A stretch of DNA of 64,000 bases, from NCBI GenBank assembly GCA_030324005.1, contig JARDVH010000042.1, forward strand, positions 83,003,332 through 83,067,331. Direction: 5' to 3'. Below the pieces are notes generated by a model. The model was not told the DNA's origin. It saw only the letters and a program-made list of their open reading frames with translations, and made no database searches. Position 1 is the first letter of the stretch, and each line of letters opens with the position of its first letter. Below, in pieces: positions 42,901 through 50,872 of the stretch. The translations under genes and the position numbers were made by a program. This DNA is from Negaprion brevirostris. Taxonomy: Eukaryota.

Positions 42901-43600
42901 CAGAGGGTTTGGATGGAAATTGGGACTTGGAGTTCCAGAATGACCTGGCTATACCAAATTAAAACAAGTTTGAAGTAACCTAGTTCAGACAAAACACTTG
43001 TGTTCTTTCAATCACAGCAAACTAAGACCAATTGCTGTTTGATTCTGGATAGACTTGAACCACTTAACCCAAGATCTAGTTTCTTGCTCTAACATTTGGT
43101 TCCATTCCAAGCAATGATTTTAGAACTTGTGGTACAGATTTCCCATGTTCAGTTGGGTTCCTTAAGTGTTTTTCAAAAATTGTTTTGAACTATTTGATTT
43201 TTGAGCTCAAGTGAAAATATCTTCCTACCCAGGTGTAAATGCAAGTTTTACTTCTGAAAGCAAGTCAAAAAAAGGATCTACGGTCATTTGGGTCATCTTT
43301 GTTGTTGGTAAGAACACTTTTTTGTCCTCCTGTCCATTTCACCCTAAACTTTTATTTGGTATAGGGTAATTGTGGTTAAGTATCAGGCTACAAAATTTGA
43401 TTTGTCTGATTTTTTTCTTACCAAAAATTTGACATACCCCTTGGATTGCCTAATATTATTCTTCAATTTCAGCACTCCTGATAATTGCTGGTTTCAGTGG
43501 CTACTTCATTTGGCAATCCTGGCAGAAGAAGAGGGTGCAGTACACTAGTTTTGAGAATCCAGTCTTTAGCAAAAATGTTCTGTCTGAACCATCAAAATAA
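728..43600 (+). CDS. VLDLR: VLDLR-derived giant LDL-receptor-family gene (paralog) with three tandem ectodomain modules; 43 coding exons, about 2165 aa
   Basis: Exons assembled by hand from GT/GC-AG sites with consistent phases. Summed CDS is 6498 nt and no internal stops were seen. Peptides follow VLDLR order and wording ([45 protein letters not shown]). The symbol marks family origin; this is probably a paralog rather than the canonical ortholog. Confidence 0.9.
2511..2630 (+). CDS. VLDLR: Exon 2: module 1 LDLa-1
   Basis: [35 protein letters not shown]; aag|..|gtaagt. Confidence 0.92.
4185..5010 (-). mobile_element. CR1/HER1-like LINE 3' fragment
   Basis: [30 protein letters not shown]; typical 3' tail. 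Confidence 0.8.
5746..5868 (+). CDS. VLDLR: Exon 3: module 1 LDLa-2
   Basis: [37 protein letters not shown]. Confidence 0.92.
6286..6408 (+). CDS. VLDLR: Exon 4: module 1 LDLa-3
   Basis: [37 protein letters not shown]. Confidence 0.92.
7812..8052 (+). repeat. HE1/V-SINE
   Basis: GGAGTTTGCACATTCTCCCCATGTCTGTGTGGGTTT...TCCCACAGTCCAAAGATGTG; partial copy at 7681-7742. Confidence 0.85.
9453..9821 (+). CDS. VLDLR: Exon 5: module 1 LDLa-4/5/6
   Basis: Three LDLa repeats in one exon, as in VLDLR exon 5. Confidence 0.93.
10523..10645 (+). CDS. VLDLR: Exon 6: module 1 LDLa-7
   Basis: [16 protein letters not shown]...STDETNC. Confidence 0.9.
10724..10837 (+). CDS. VLDLR: Exon 7: module 1 LDLa-8
   Basis: [15 protein letters not shown]...DRSDEPFKC. 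Confidence 0.9.
11902..12021 (+). CDS. VLDLR: Exon 8: module 1 EGF-A
   Basis: [17 protein letters not shown]...[13 protein letters not shown]. Confidence 0.92.
12090..12215 (+). CDS. VLDLR: Exon 9: module 1 EGF-B
   Basis: [26 protein letters not shown]. Confidence 0.92.
12522..12693 (+). CDS. VLDLR: Exon 10: module 1 YWTD propeller part 1
   Basis: [15 protein letters not shown]...IFWAD. Confidence 0.92.
13142..13363 (+). CDS. VLDLR: Exon 11: module 1 propeller part 2
   Basis: [15 protein letters not shown]...DPLSG. Confidence 0.9.
13818..13936 (+). CDS. VLDLR: Exon 12: module 1 propeller part 3
   Basis: [20 protein letters not shown]...IQWPNGITL. Confidence 0.92.
14019..14158 (+). CDS. 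VLDLR: Exon 13: module 1 propeller part 4
   Basis: LYWVDSKLH...[12 protein letters not shown]. Confidence 0.92.
16326..16467 (+). CDS. VLDLR: Exon 14: module 1 propeller part 5
   Basis: [21 protein letters not shown]. Confidence 0.92.
17052..17189 (+). CDS. VLDLR: Exon 15: module 1 EGF-C
   Basis: GKNWC...[10 protein letters not shown]...KYTCVCP. Confidence 0.88.
17362..17484 (+). CDS. VLDLR: Exon 16: module 2 first LDLa (LDLa-3 type)
   Basis: [37 protein letters not shown]. Confidence 0.9.
18022..18396 (+). CDS. VLDLR: Exon 17: module 2 LDLa-4/5/6
   Basis: Three-repeat exon. Confidence 0.93.
18592..18714 (+). CDS. VLDLR: Exon 18: module 2 LDLa-7
   Basis: [16 protein letters not shown]...ESDEVNCKN. 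Confidence 0.9.
19240..19725 (+). mobile_element. Decayed CR1-like LINE 3' region
   Basis: Remnants of the KWQ-FN and LYKTLV-PHLEY coding pattern. Confidence 0.6.
20080..20199 (+). CDS. VLDLR: Exon 19: module 2 LDLa-8
   Basis: [21 protein letters not shown]; alternative acceptor giving start 20086. Confidence 0.88.
20445..20469. repeat. (TG)n microsatellite
   Basis: Direct reading. Confidence 0.9.
21300..23830 (-). mobile_element. Long decayed CR1-like LINE
   Basis: Plus strand gaactttgtcaaagaccttgctgaagtccatgtagac is antisense of the RT motif VYMDFSK-FDKV; CR1-like tail near 21300. Confidence 0.75.
26198..26317 (+). CDS. VLDLR: Exon 20: module 2 EGF-A
   Basis: [23 protein letters not shown]. 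Confidence 0.92.
26401..26526 (+). CDS. VLDLR: Exon 21: module 2 EGF-B (GC donor)
   Basis: [15 protein letters not shown]; donor AG|gcaagt. Confidence 0.88.
26870..27070 (-). repeat. Decayed HE1/V-SINE
   Basis: Antisense head (gtgaggcagcagtgct), V-domain remnants and tail. Confidence 0.65.
27520..28135 (+). mobile_element. CR1/L2-like LINE 3' end
   Basis: RT C-terminal remnants ([15 protein letters not shown]) and tail aataaatgctggccagccagtgatgcccatatccca. Confidence 0.65.
28488..28659 (+). CDS. VLDLR: Exon 22: module 2 propeller part 1
   Basis: [19 protein letters not shown]. Confidence 0.92.
29452..29676 (+). CDS. VLDLR: Exon 23: module 2 propeller part 2
   Basis: [15 protein letters not shown]. 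Confidence 0.9.
30068..30186 (+). CDS. VLDLR: Exon 24: module 2 propeller part 3
   Basis: [15 protein letters not shown]. Confidence 0.92.
30267..30406 (+). CDS. VLDLR: Exon 25: module 2 propeller part 4 (GC donor)
   Basis: [11 protein letters not shown]...ITIFE; donor AG|gcaagt. Confidence 0.88.
31265..31406 (+). CDS. VLDLR: Exon 26: module 2 propeller part 5
   Basis: DHVFWSD...NKFTG. Confidence 0.92.
33043..33192 (+). CDS. VLDLR: Exon 27: module 2 EGF-C
   Basis: GKNWC...[10 protein letters not shown]...KYTCVCPSG; donor G|gtgagt. Confidence 0.9.
33512..33631 (+). CDS. VLDLR: Exon 28: module 3 first LDLa (LDLa-2 type)
   Basis: [22 protein letters not shown]...GSDESTEVC. Confidence 0.92.
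35022..35144 (+). CDS. VLDLR: Exon 29: module 3 LDLa-3
   Basis: [28 protein letters not shown]. Confidence 0.92.
35928..36299 (+). CDS. VLDLR: Exon 30: module 3 LDLa-4/5/6
   Basis: Three-repeat exon. Confidence 0.93.
37081..37203 (+). CDS. VLDLR: Exon 31: module 3 LDLa-7
   Basis: [14 protein letters not shown]...GSDEVNC. Confidence 0.9.
37276..37395 (+). CDS. VLDLR: Exon 32: module 3 LDLa-8
   Basis: [14 protein letters not shown]...DWSDE; alternative acceptor giving start 37282. Confidence 0.88.
37781..37900 (+). CDS. VLDLR: Exon 33: module 3 EGF-A
   Basis: [23 protein letters not shown]. Confidence 0.92.
37987..38112 (+). CDS. VLDLR: Exon 34: module 3 EGF-B
   Basis: [26 protein letters not shown]. 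Confidence 0.92.
38350..38550 (+). repeat. Decayed HE1-like SINE
   Basis: tagcactgctacctcagtgccagggaccc head; ggattggccatg. Confidence 0.6.
38627..38798 (+). CDS. VLDLR: Exon 35: module 3 propeller part 1
   Basis: [19 protein letters not shown]. Confidence 0.92.
38935..39156 (+). CDS. VLDLR: Exon 36: module 3 propeller part 2
   Basis: [15 protein letters not shown]...[14 protein letters not shown]. Confidence 0.9.
39739..39857 (+). CDS. VLDLR: Exon 37: module 3 propeller part 3
   Basis: [20 protein letters not shown]. Confidence 0.92.
39936..40075 (+). CDS. VLDLR: Exon 38: module 3 propeller part 4
   Basis: [11 protein letters not shown]...FLSHP. Confidence 0.92.
41228..41366 (+). CDS. 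VLDLR: Exon 39: module 3 propeller part 5
   Basis: DHAFWVD...[12 protein letters not shown]. Confidence 0.92.
41770..41907 (+). CDS. VLDLR: Exon 40: module 3 EGF-C
   Basis: GKNWC...[23 protein letters not shown]. Confidence 0.92.
42714..42818 (+). CDS. VLDLR: Exon 41: Ser/Thr/Pro-rich O-linked sugar domain
   Basis: [35 protein letters not shown]; phase 1-1; good acceptor. Confidence 0.7.
43233..43307 (+). CDS. VLDLR: Exon 42: stalk and start of TM
   Basis: [25 protein letters not shown], resembling the VLDLR juxtamembrane exon. Confidence 0.82.
43473..43600 (+). CDS. VLDLR: Exon 43: rest of TM and cytoplasmic tail
   Basis: [42 protein letters not shown]. Confidence 0.88.
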
Positions 43601-45510
43601 AAGTTAATTGGTATTTAAATGTTGCATAATTTCAGGTGTTGGCTGTGAAATTTCTGAAGCCATGGCCTAAAGCAAAAGTTAATCAACAAGCAGTCAATCT
43701 TTTGGGTTAGGAAAGATTTTTCAAAAGTAATATTTCAAATTTAATCATTAAAAACATTCAATGTTTTTTACACTGCTTCAGTTCCAAGACATTTCATACA
43801 TTACAGTACAGTTCTTCAAACTATATATACTACATATTCCATTTGTGCAACTCTAACAGCAGCACAGTTACACAGTAGGGGCTTAAAGAAATTAGCTGGC
43901 TAATCATTGCAACCTCCATATGAACAACACCTCTGGATAAACCTAAGTATGGTGTCTGCCTGGCTAGTTGCAGTATCCTGCAGCTGAATCTTGATGTGAG
44001 CTGTTGCAACAGGACCCATAAACTTGAATGGAAGTTAACTTTGCAAATGTTAAATCTTTTCCTCATTGGGAGGGAGAAAAGTTAAGCCTTAAATTTCATG
44101 ATAATTGTGCTAGATTTGCCTATAACTCAAGGCCTGAGCAGGCAACCCACATCTTAGTTCTGCATTAATTTTTAACTGTCTTTTGGAAGTTAACAGGACA
44201 CCATTTTTGCTTCCCTGGGAATTGGAAATGTTCATAATCTAGTGCAAAAATTTTCTGTAAATAGATGTCTGGATTTAGACTCCCTTTTATAGAGGGGGCA
44301 AGATCACAGCTGACTGCAGTGTTTAATGCCCTAACTGTTGGGTTATGGGTTTTAAAGAAATAGTTTGCACACAATTAGATATTGTCTACAGAGTAGAAAA
44401 TTAAGCAGGAACCTAATAAAACACAAGTATGTGACCCAGCTCTAAAGCAATCATGCAGCCGCTTGATATAAATGTGCAGAAACACTTGCAGATTTCAAAG
44501 TAACTGTTCAGTGTCTGCAGTAAAACAATTCTTCAACAAATTCTTGCTGTCTATCTTGGCTAACATCAGTTGCTAATTGTCTATAAACACAATCTTGTAA
44601 TATTTCAATCTTTATGAAGAATTTGATTCATATTAGAATATAATATCTAATATTCTAATTGTTTGGAGTTCCTCAGGATGGCTTGTATTTTAACTTGTTC
44701 TAAACCAGAGAATTACTGTTCAAAACTTCAAGTTTGTCAGCAGGTGGGCTGGTAATTGACTATACCATTCAGATAACTTGCATTTTCCATGAGAAGATGG
44801 AAATAAAGGGTTTGAATGTGGGAGGGGAATGGAGGGAAACAGCTGCACACATGTTGAATGTTCTCCACTGTCCACCACACATGGAAGGTGAGGAGTTTTT
44901 CACCCAAAATATCTTGAATTTGTCTTTAACTCCATCTTGGGCTTCCCAAAGCACTTTATTGCTCTTGCATAAGAAATCCAGCAGCAAAACTGCAATCAGC
45001 ATTGGAAGAACTCTTAAATATCTAGTTGACCAGCATGATCAAAAATGCAGCCCTTCAGTCCCACTGGTGACCCTCTTTGTAAGACAGATGTAGAGAAATG
45101 CATAAAACATGCAGTACTAGCTCAACAGGCATCAGCTTAGTTTTGAGGTACTGGATCTTTTGGTTGCTCTGTAAAACAAGATGTCATTTTTGTCCTTGGT
45201 TGTAATGTTTGTCCCAGCTAATCCTAATGAACTGGTTATCTAGTCACTATTGCAGGACTAAGGTCAAGTACAAACCAGCATTTTTAACTGCTGGTTGATC
45301 CTTTTTTGTATGAGTGCTGAGTGAACATTGTGGGTTAGTCTAAATGGCAAATTTGACATGCCCCCCCACTTAGTTTTTGGCTTCTGCTAACTACTGCATT
45401 GATTAAGGGTTTAATAAGTCTCTCCTATGGTAAGAGTGCATCATTAGTACAGAATTAAAACCAACTATGGAAAAGTGGAAGATGTGAATCATTGACAGTT
45501 TTAAGGGCAT

Positions 45511-45585
45511 ATAGTAGGTAGGGACAGTGGGAATCTCATTCATCCATTCATGTGCATCACTAATTAGATGACAAGGCATTTGGCA
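45511..45585 (-). pseudogene. 28S rRNA fragment immediately downstream of the R2 target site
   Basis: Minus strand reads TGCCAAATGCCTTGTCATCTAATTAGTGATGCACATGAATGGATGAATGAGATTCCCACTGTCCCTACCTACTAT, the conserved 28S sequence with CpG decay. Confidence 0.93.
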
Positions 45586-46038
45586 TTTTAATACAGAGTG
45601 CCTTATTTGAGTCTTTACGTCACTCATCGACGGTTTGGACTACCTCTAGCGGAATCCCAGTCAGGGCTCCCTGATCTTAATTGAGGAACATGAGCTGTTG
45701 TCTATGCTAGAGATTGTATTTCTAGCTATCTATGGACATCCCCAATCTTAGGGGTCTACTGATGAGCCAGTTTGTCAGTACCAAGTGTGCAGGAAACCTT
45801 ATGGCGAGAGTGAAAATTTAGAGTTTTAATTAGCCAAATTGAGCAAGGTCCAATTACAGGATAACTTATTAATGCCAATCAGCCTGACGAGCACGTTTTT
45901 GGGATGTGGGAGGAAACCGGAGTGCCTGGGGAAAACCCACACAAACACGGAGAATGTGCAAACTCCCACAGACATTGCTGTCCAGCATACAGTGCTAACC
46001 ACTGAGCTGACATGTTGCCCATTGACCAGTCCAGAATT
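45586..46038 (-). mobile_element. Older R2 3'UTR copy (runs into gap)
   Basis: Colinear with 46194-46663, more CpG-decayed, ends TAAAA directly at the 28S junction. Confidence 0.85.
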
Positions 46039-46138
46039 NNNNNNNNNNNNNNNNNNNNNNNNNNNNNNNNNNNNNNNNNNNNNNNNNNNNNNNNNNNNNN
46101 NNNNNNNNNNNNNNNNNNNNNNNNNNNNNNNNNNNNNN

Positions 46139-46188
46139 TCTTATAATCCTTTCCAAAACTTTGCCCACAACAGAAGTAAGGCTCACTA
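46139..46188 (-). mobile_element. CR1-like LINE RT fragment
   Basis: Translates VSLTSVVGKVLERIIR. Confidence 0.7.
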
Positions 46189-46480
46189 TTCTATTTTAAT
46201 ACACTCAATGAGTGCCTTGTTCAAGTCTTTACGTCGCTCGCCGACGGTTTTGACTATCTCTAGCGGAACCACAGTTAAGGGTCCACTGATCTTGATTGAG
46301 GAACGTGAGCTGTTGTCTAAGCTAGAGATGGTATAACTAGTTATCTAGGGTTATCCCAGATCTAATAGGGGCCTACTGATGAGCCAGGTTGTCAGTACCG
46401 AGTGCACAAGAACCCTCATGATGACGAGGGTGGAAATTTAGAGGGTTACGTTTATGCTGAACTAAGGGGAATCCAATTAC

Positions 46481-46645
46481 AGGACAATTTATTGTTGCCA
46501 ATCAGCCTAACAAGCACGTTTTTGGGATGTGGGAGGAAACCGGAGTGCCCGGGGAAAACCCATGCAAACACGGGGAGAATGTGCAAACTCCCACAGACAT
46601 TGCTGCCCAGCGTACAGTGCTAACCACTGAGCTGACGTGTTGCCC
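46481..46645 (-). repeat. V-SINE/HE1-like core embedded in the R2 3'UTR
   Basis: Minus strand: GGGCAACACGTCAGCTCAGTGGTTAGCACTG...GGAGTTTGCACATTCTCCCCGTG...CTCCGGTTTCCTCCCACATCCCAAAAACGTGC; also at 45858-46020. Confidence 0.85.
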
Positions 46646-46944
46646 ATTGACCAGTCCAGAATTATCATCTACTAACGGCCATGACGCACTGGGCGCCTCT
46701 CGAATCAACACCCAAGAACCAACCAAGTACGACCTGCCGAGTGCACACCCCTTGTCGGTCAACAAGGTGGACTGTAGCACCTGTAGATGGCATTAGGTGT
46801 CATCAATGAAATACAAATAGACAATACACAGACAGTACAAACACTGAATCAGAGTCCACCATATAAGTTCATACGGCCTCCGTGCGGGCTATAAGGTCAG
46901 TGGTCTGACAAGTGGCCAGCTTGTCCAGTGGTCTCGGTCGCCTC

Positions 46945-49900
46945 TCACCTGTCGTTGAAGATCCCCAGTAGCTCCAACGTTAGCGACAAGGTGAGTCTTG
47001 AAATTTGTTGGGCGAATGATTGGAATCTCTTTATTCCCAGGAAGGACATGAGGCTATTGTCCTTTTCCAGCCAATTCCCCCTGGTGCCAACAACAAATCC
47101 AAAGAATTGGGGATTCAGGCATCCAGTTAGTTTCTCAACCTCCGGTCCGAGGTGTTGGTATTTTAGGCACTTTTCCTGCTACGCCTTCTCCAGACTGCCG
47201 CAATTGTCTTCAAACCGAACCGTTACATCTACCACTGCCACCTTTTGGTCTTTCTCCCTCTTAAAGACGATGTCAGGTTTCCAGAGGGTACCGTCTTTTG
47301 CGATAAGCCGTGGTTCCAGGTAGGATGTCCAGCCGTATTTTCCGACACGGTTGCGCAGCTGTTCTAGGATCTTATTGTGGCGTTTACTTTGGCATTTCTT
47401 TACAAACGGGCACCGACCAGAAATGTGGCTCAAAGTTTCTAAACCTGCCTCACACCCTCGGCAGGATTTAGTTGCGAAGGGATTCCCTCTTGACAGGGTC
47501 ACCCTTGTCGGATAAAGATTGCATCTGAGTAGTATGTTATTTATGAGTCGATGTGCTTTAAGCCGATATGCAGCTTTCATCCAACTGTTTGAGATTTTAT
47601 CATTATTGTAGTAGTGTGCACCGATACCTTGGGAGGGTAGCTGCCTCCATTTGCAGAACTCCCACTCCCTCCACCCTGCATACTTGTTCACTGGTTTCTT
47701 GGGGCCTGCCTCCTCCGCATCGAGCATGGATAATGCGGCTCTGACCATGTTCACCTCCGTTTCGCCATTGTTGCCCTCTTCATTTGTTGGCATGAACTCC
47801 TCAATCTCTCTCAGGGCCTTGAGAGACCGCAGTTCCTTGATGTTTTCGCCAATGCTCTTTTCACAGAACTGAAAAGAGGCGCGAATGACTTGGTCTTTGG
47901 AGGCAGACAGCGACTCCCATTTCCGGATCACCGCAGATGGTATTTGGATCTCCAGCTTGGGAATCCCCAAACCTCCATTCTGAACCCGTGAATAGAGGAT
48001 GCCATCTGTTGTATGGGGTGGAAAGTGTAGGAACTGCTTGACTGCATTACGGATCAGTTGGTCCAGTTTGATAAGCGTGTTTTGTGACGCTTCCGATAGG
48101 ATCAAATGAAAGTATAGTCTCGGAACGACGTGGACTGTAAGCAGCTCTACTCGTTGCCTCGGCCGAAGAGCTGCCGCCTGTAAGTTGGAAATCCAGGCCT
48201 TCAGTCTCTCTTGCCACGCACCTTCTTCTACGCCAGCCCATGGATCGATTCGGGCTCGCAGGTATTTCTCGGCCTCTCCTGGGGGGATGTATGCAATATC
48301 TTCCTTCCGAATCTGCCAGTTTTTTCACTGATTGTATATGAAGGTCTTCCTCTTACTGGTAAAGTGGAAGCCTTTGGTCTTGCTGGTGTTGACAGCCAGA
48401 CCTGTGGAGTCGCAAAATGACTGGAGAATCTTCAGGTTACGGGTCATCCCGACGTATGAGTCGCTCAGAAGGGCAATGTCGTCAGCAAAAGCGAGGGCTG
48501 AGCAGTTGACTTTTGCTCCATCTAGCGTCATGCTGACACCAGATCTTGCCTCCTCGAGACTACAAATCAAGGGATCCATTGCGATGTTAAACAGTATTGG
48601 AGAGAGCGGGTCTCCCTGCTTGACACCCTTCTCAATGTTTATTGGTGCAGTCTTGGACTTGTTGCCCTCGACCACCGTTATGTTGCCAGTGTAGAGGTTC
48701 TGAATGAGCTCTACAAAGGCCTTTGGCAGTTTGCTTCTTCGCAGTGACTTTATAAGTAGCTTGTGCCCCACCGAGTCGAACGCTTTCGCCAGGTCCACAA
48801 AAACAATGGCCAGGTCCTTGTGATTCCTCTTAGCTCCCTTCATGATGTTTTGCAACACTGCGATGTTATCGTTGCATCCGGGAGTAGCTGCTAAAAACCC
48901 TTTCTGCCGTGGGTTTATTTCGACTGTCTCGCTCAGACTTTTCGCCATGATCTTTGTAAAGAGGCGAAGCAGCATAGGACCGATCGTAATTGGACGCCAG
49001 TTGTCAATGTTTTTCGGGCGTTCCTTATCCTCGCACTTAGGAATCAGGACTGTCCGGCTCTGTTTCATACAGTTCGGGATTGTTCTCATGGCCAACCACA
49101 GAGTGAAGAGGCGAGGTATACGGGTCTCATATTTCTCATGTATATCCCAGATGTCTTCCAGCCTCTGACCATCCGGCCCAGGTGCACTTGCCTCCTTAAT
49201 ACCCATGATGGCTTGGGTAACCTCTTCCGTGGTGATTGGCTTCATCAATTCACCATTATCCGTTCTCCCGCTGTATGCTGTGAATTTGCTTATGTTTGCC
49301 TTGTTGTTTTGGCTGGAGAGCTTCTGCCGAAAGCTTGCCTCCAGTTCGGTAATGGATAATGGACAAGTTATCTGTGAAGGCGCACCCATGATCTGTCGGG
49401 CCAGCTGGCGCCTGTTATTCTTATAGAGCAGTTGTGTTGCTCTAAAAACGGATTTTTGTTTAGCCCATCTCTTCCTGGCTCCGCCGTTGACCTCGTGCCT
49501 TACTTTCCGGCTGTCTTTTTCCGGTACCTTAGCCGCCGGACCGTTTTTACTGTGCCTGTTAGTCTGACCACCCATTAGAAGGTCAGTGATGCTCTCGACC
49601 ATACCCACTGCTAGGGCATGATTGTCGGAATTGTTCCTCGCCCTCAGGAGTTCCTCCGCCTGGATTAGGTTTTCATCTACGTCCCTGTGCCTAGGGACTC
49701 GGGCCGGAGGTTTACCAGCGACACTTACATGTGGGGCTTGGTTCACGACATCTGCCTCTTCCGGTTCCTGTTCTTGCTCGGAATCCAGATGTACTTCAGC
49801 ATCTGCCGGTGCTACAGTGTTTAAAGTTTTGCGCGCCATTGCAAGCAGCCTGCGCTTGTCTGAGATTTGCTTGGCAGTTTTAGATGTTAGAATACTGCCA

Positions 49901-50376
49901 ATCTCTTTATTTATAAATCGGGCCCCGGCAAATCTCTTTTCAAGCTCTTCAAGGAGTGATTCCTCCTCCTCGGACCATACGCTCTTATTTTTACCCCGTT
50001 TGTTGGTGGTTTTGGGCAGTGCTTTCTTCGTGCGTTTCTCATTGCGAAGAACTGGATGACGGTGTCTTTCGTGTTGGCTGAGTCCACTCTCCGATGTGAA
50101 GGCCAACTCACATGCACTGCATTGAAACTGCCCAACTGTCAAGGATCGACCCTCACCCTGACATTTCGGGTAGTGGCAGGCAATAGAGTGGAACTCGCCA
50201 GACTTACCGCATCGAGAACATTTGGTCTTAATGTTCTTAGTCTTATGTACTGTTTTAACATGGTCTCTGAACACACCAACCATGGGGAATATGGTATTGC
50301 AGGGCTTACAATATAACGTATCAGTGGGATAGTGGATTACCACCTCCTTAACCTGCATGATCTTGCATAGGTTCAA
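46945..50376 (-). pseudogene. R2 ORF (RT plus restriction-like endonuclease) with two in-frame stops
   Basis: CKPC..H..H, CSRC..H..C, CSAC..H..H fingers; WSEEE..KTAKQISDKRR Myb; WRPITI, DLAKAFDSV, GVKQGDPLSP, FADD; CRGC..ETLSHI..C; RHN; KPDIV..VVDVTV..EKCLKY. Stops at 48325-48327 and 47179-47181 interrupt one continuous frame ending at TGA 46945-46947. A frameshift near 50350-50380 separates a further N-terminal part. Confidence 0.93.
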
Positions 50377-50872
50377 TTATTATTGTCTCAATGAAGGTAC
50401 CATCATCCTGGGCACCTCCCATTGCTTTTGGTATTGGTGATGTTAGCCATAGATCCCACTCCCTCCATGAGGGTTTGATAGGCTTTGTTATAGAAGGTAC
50501 AAGTAGTTGTTACTACCGCCTCGGCTGGATGGGCAGTCCAAGCCGGCTCTTCTACAACAGCCATTTAGTCTGCACGTACTGGGACGACAGGTTCCTCTGG
50601 CCTGGGACCCGAGTCCGTCGCCCAATAGGGCACTGCTGGTATGTTTTGTCTCAAGACCATCTCTTCCGTCTGGGTCGAGTCTGATCTTGTTACTAACTCC
50701 CTAGAGTTGTTGTGTAACCTAGCATTTTTAACTTTTCACAGAGCGGTTACGGACTCGTCTGCGGGGTTCTTGTTGTTTATCCAGTTCGCAACCCATCCGG
50801 CCACATGCCTTCCAGACAACACACTTTTTTTGGCTGATCTAGCCAGATCACAACCGCACGTAGTTTTTCAGT

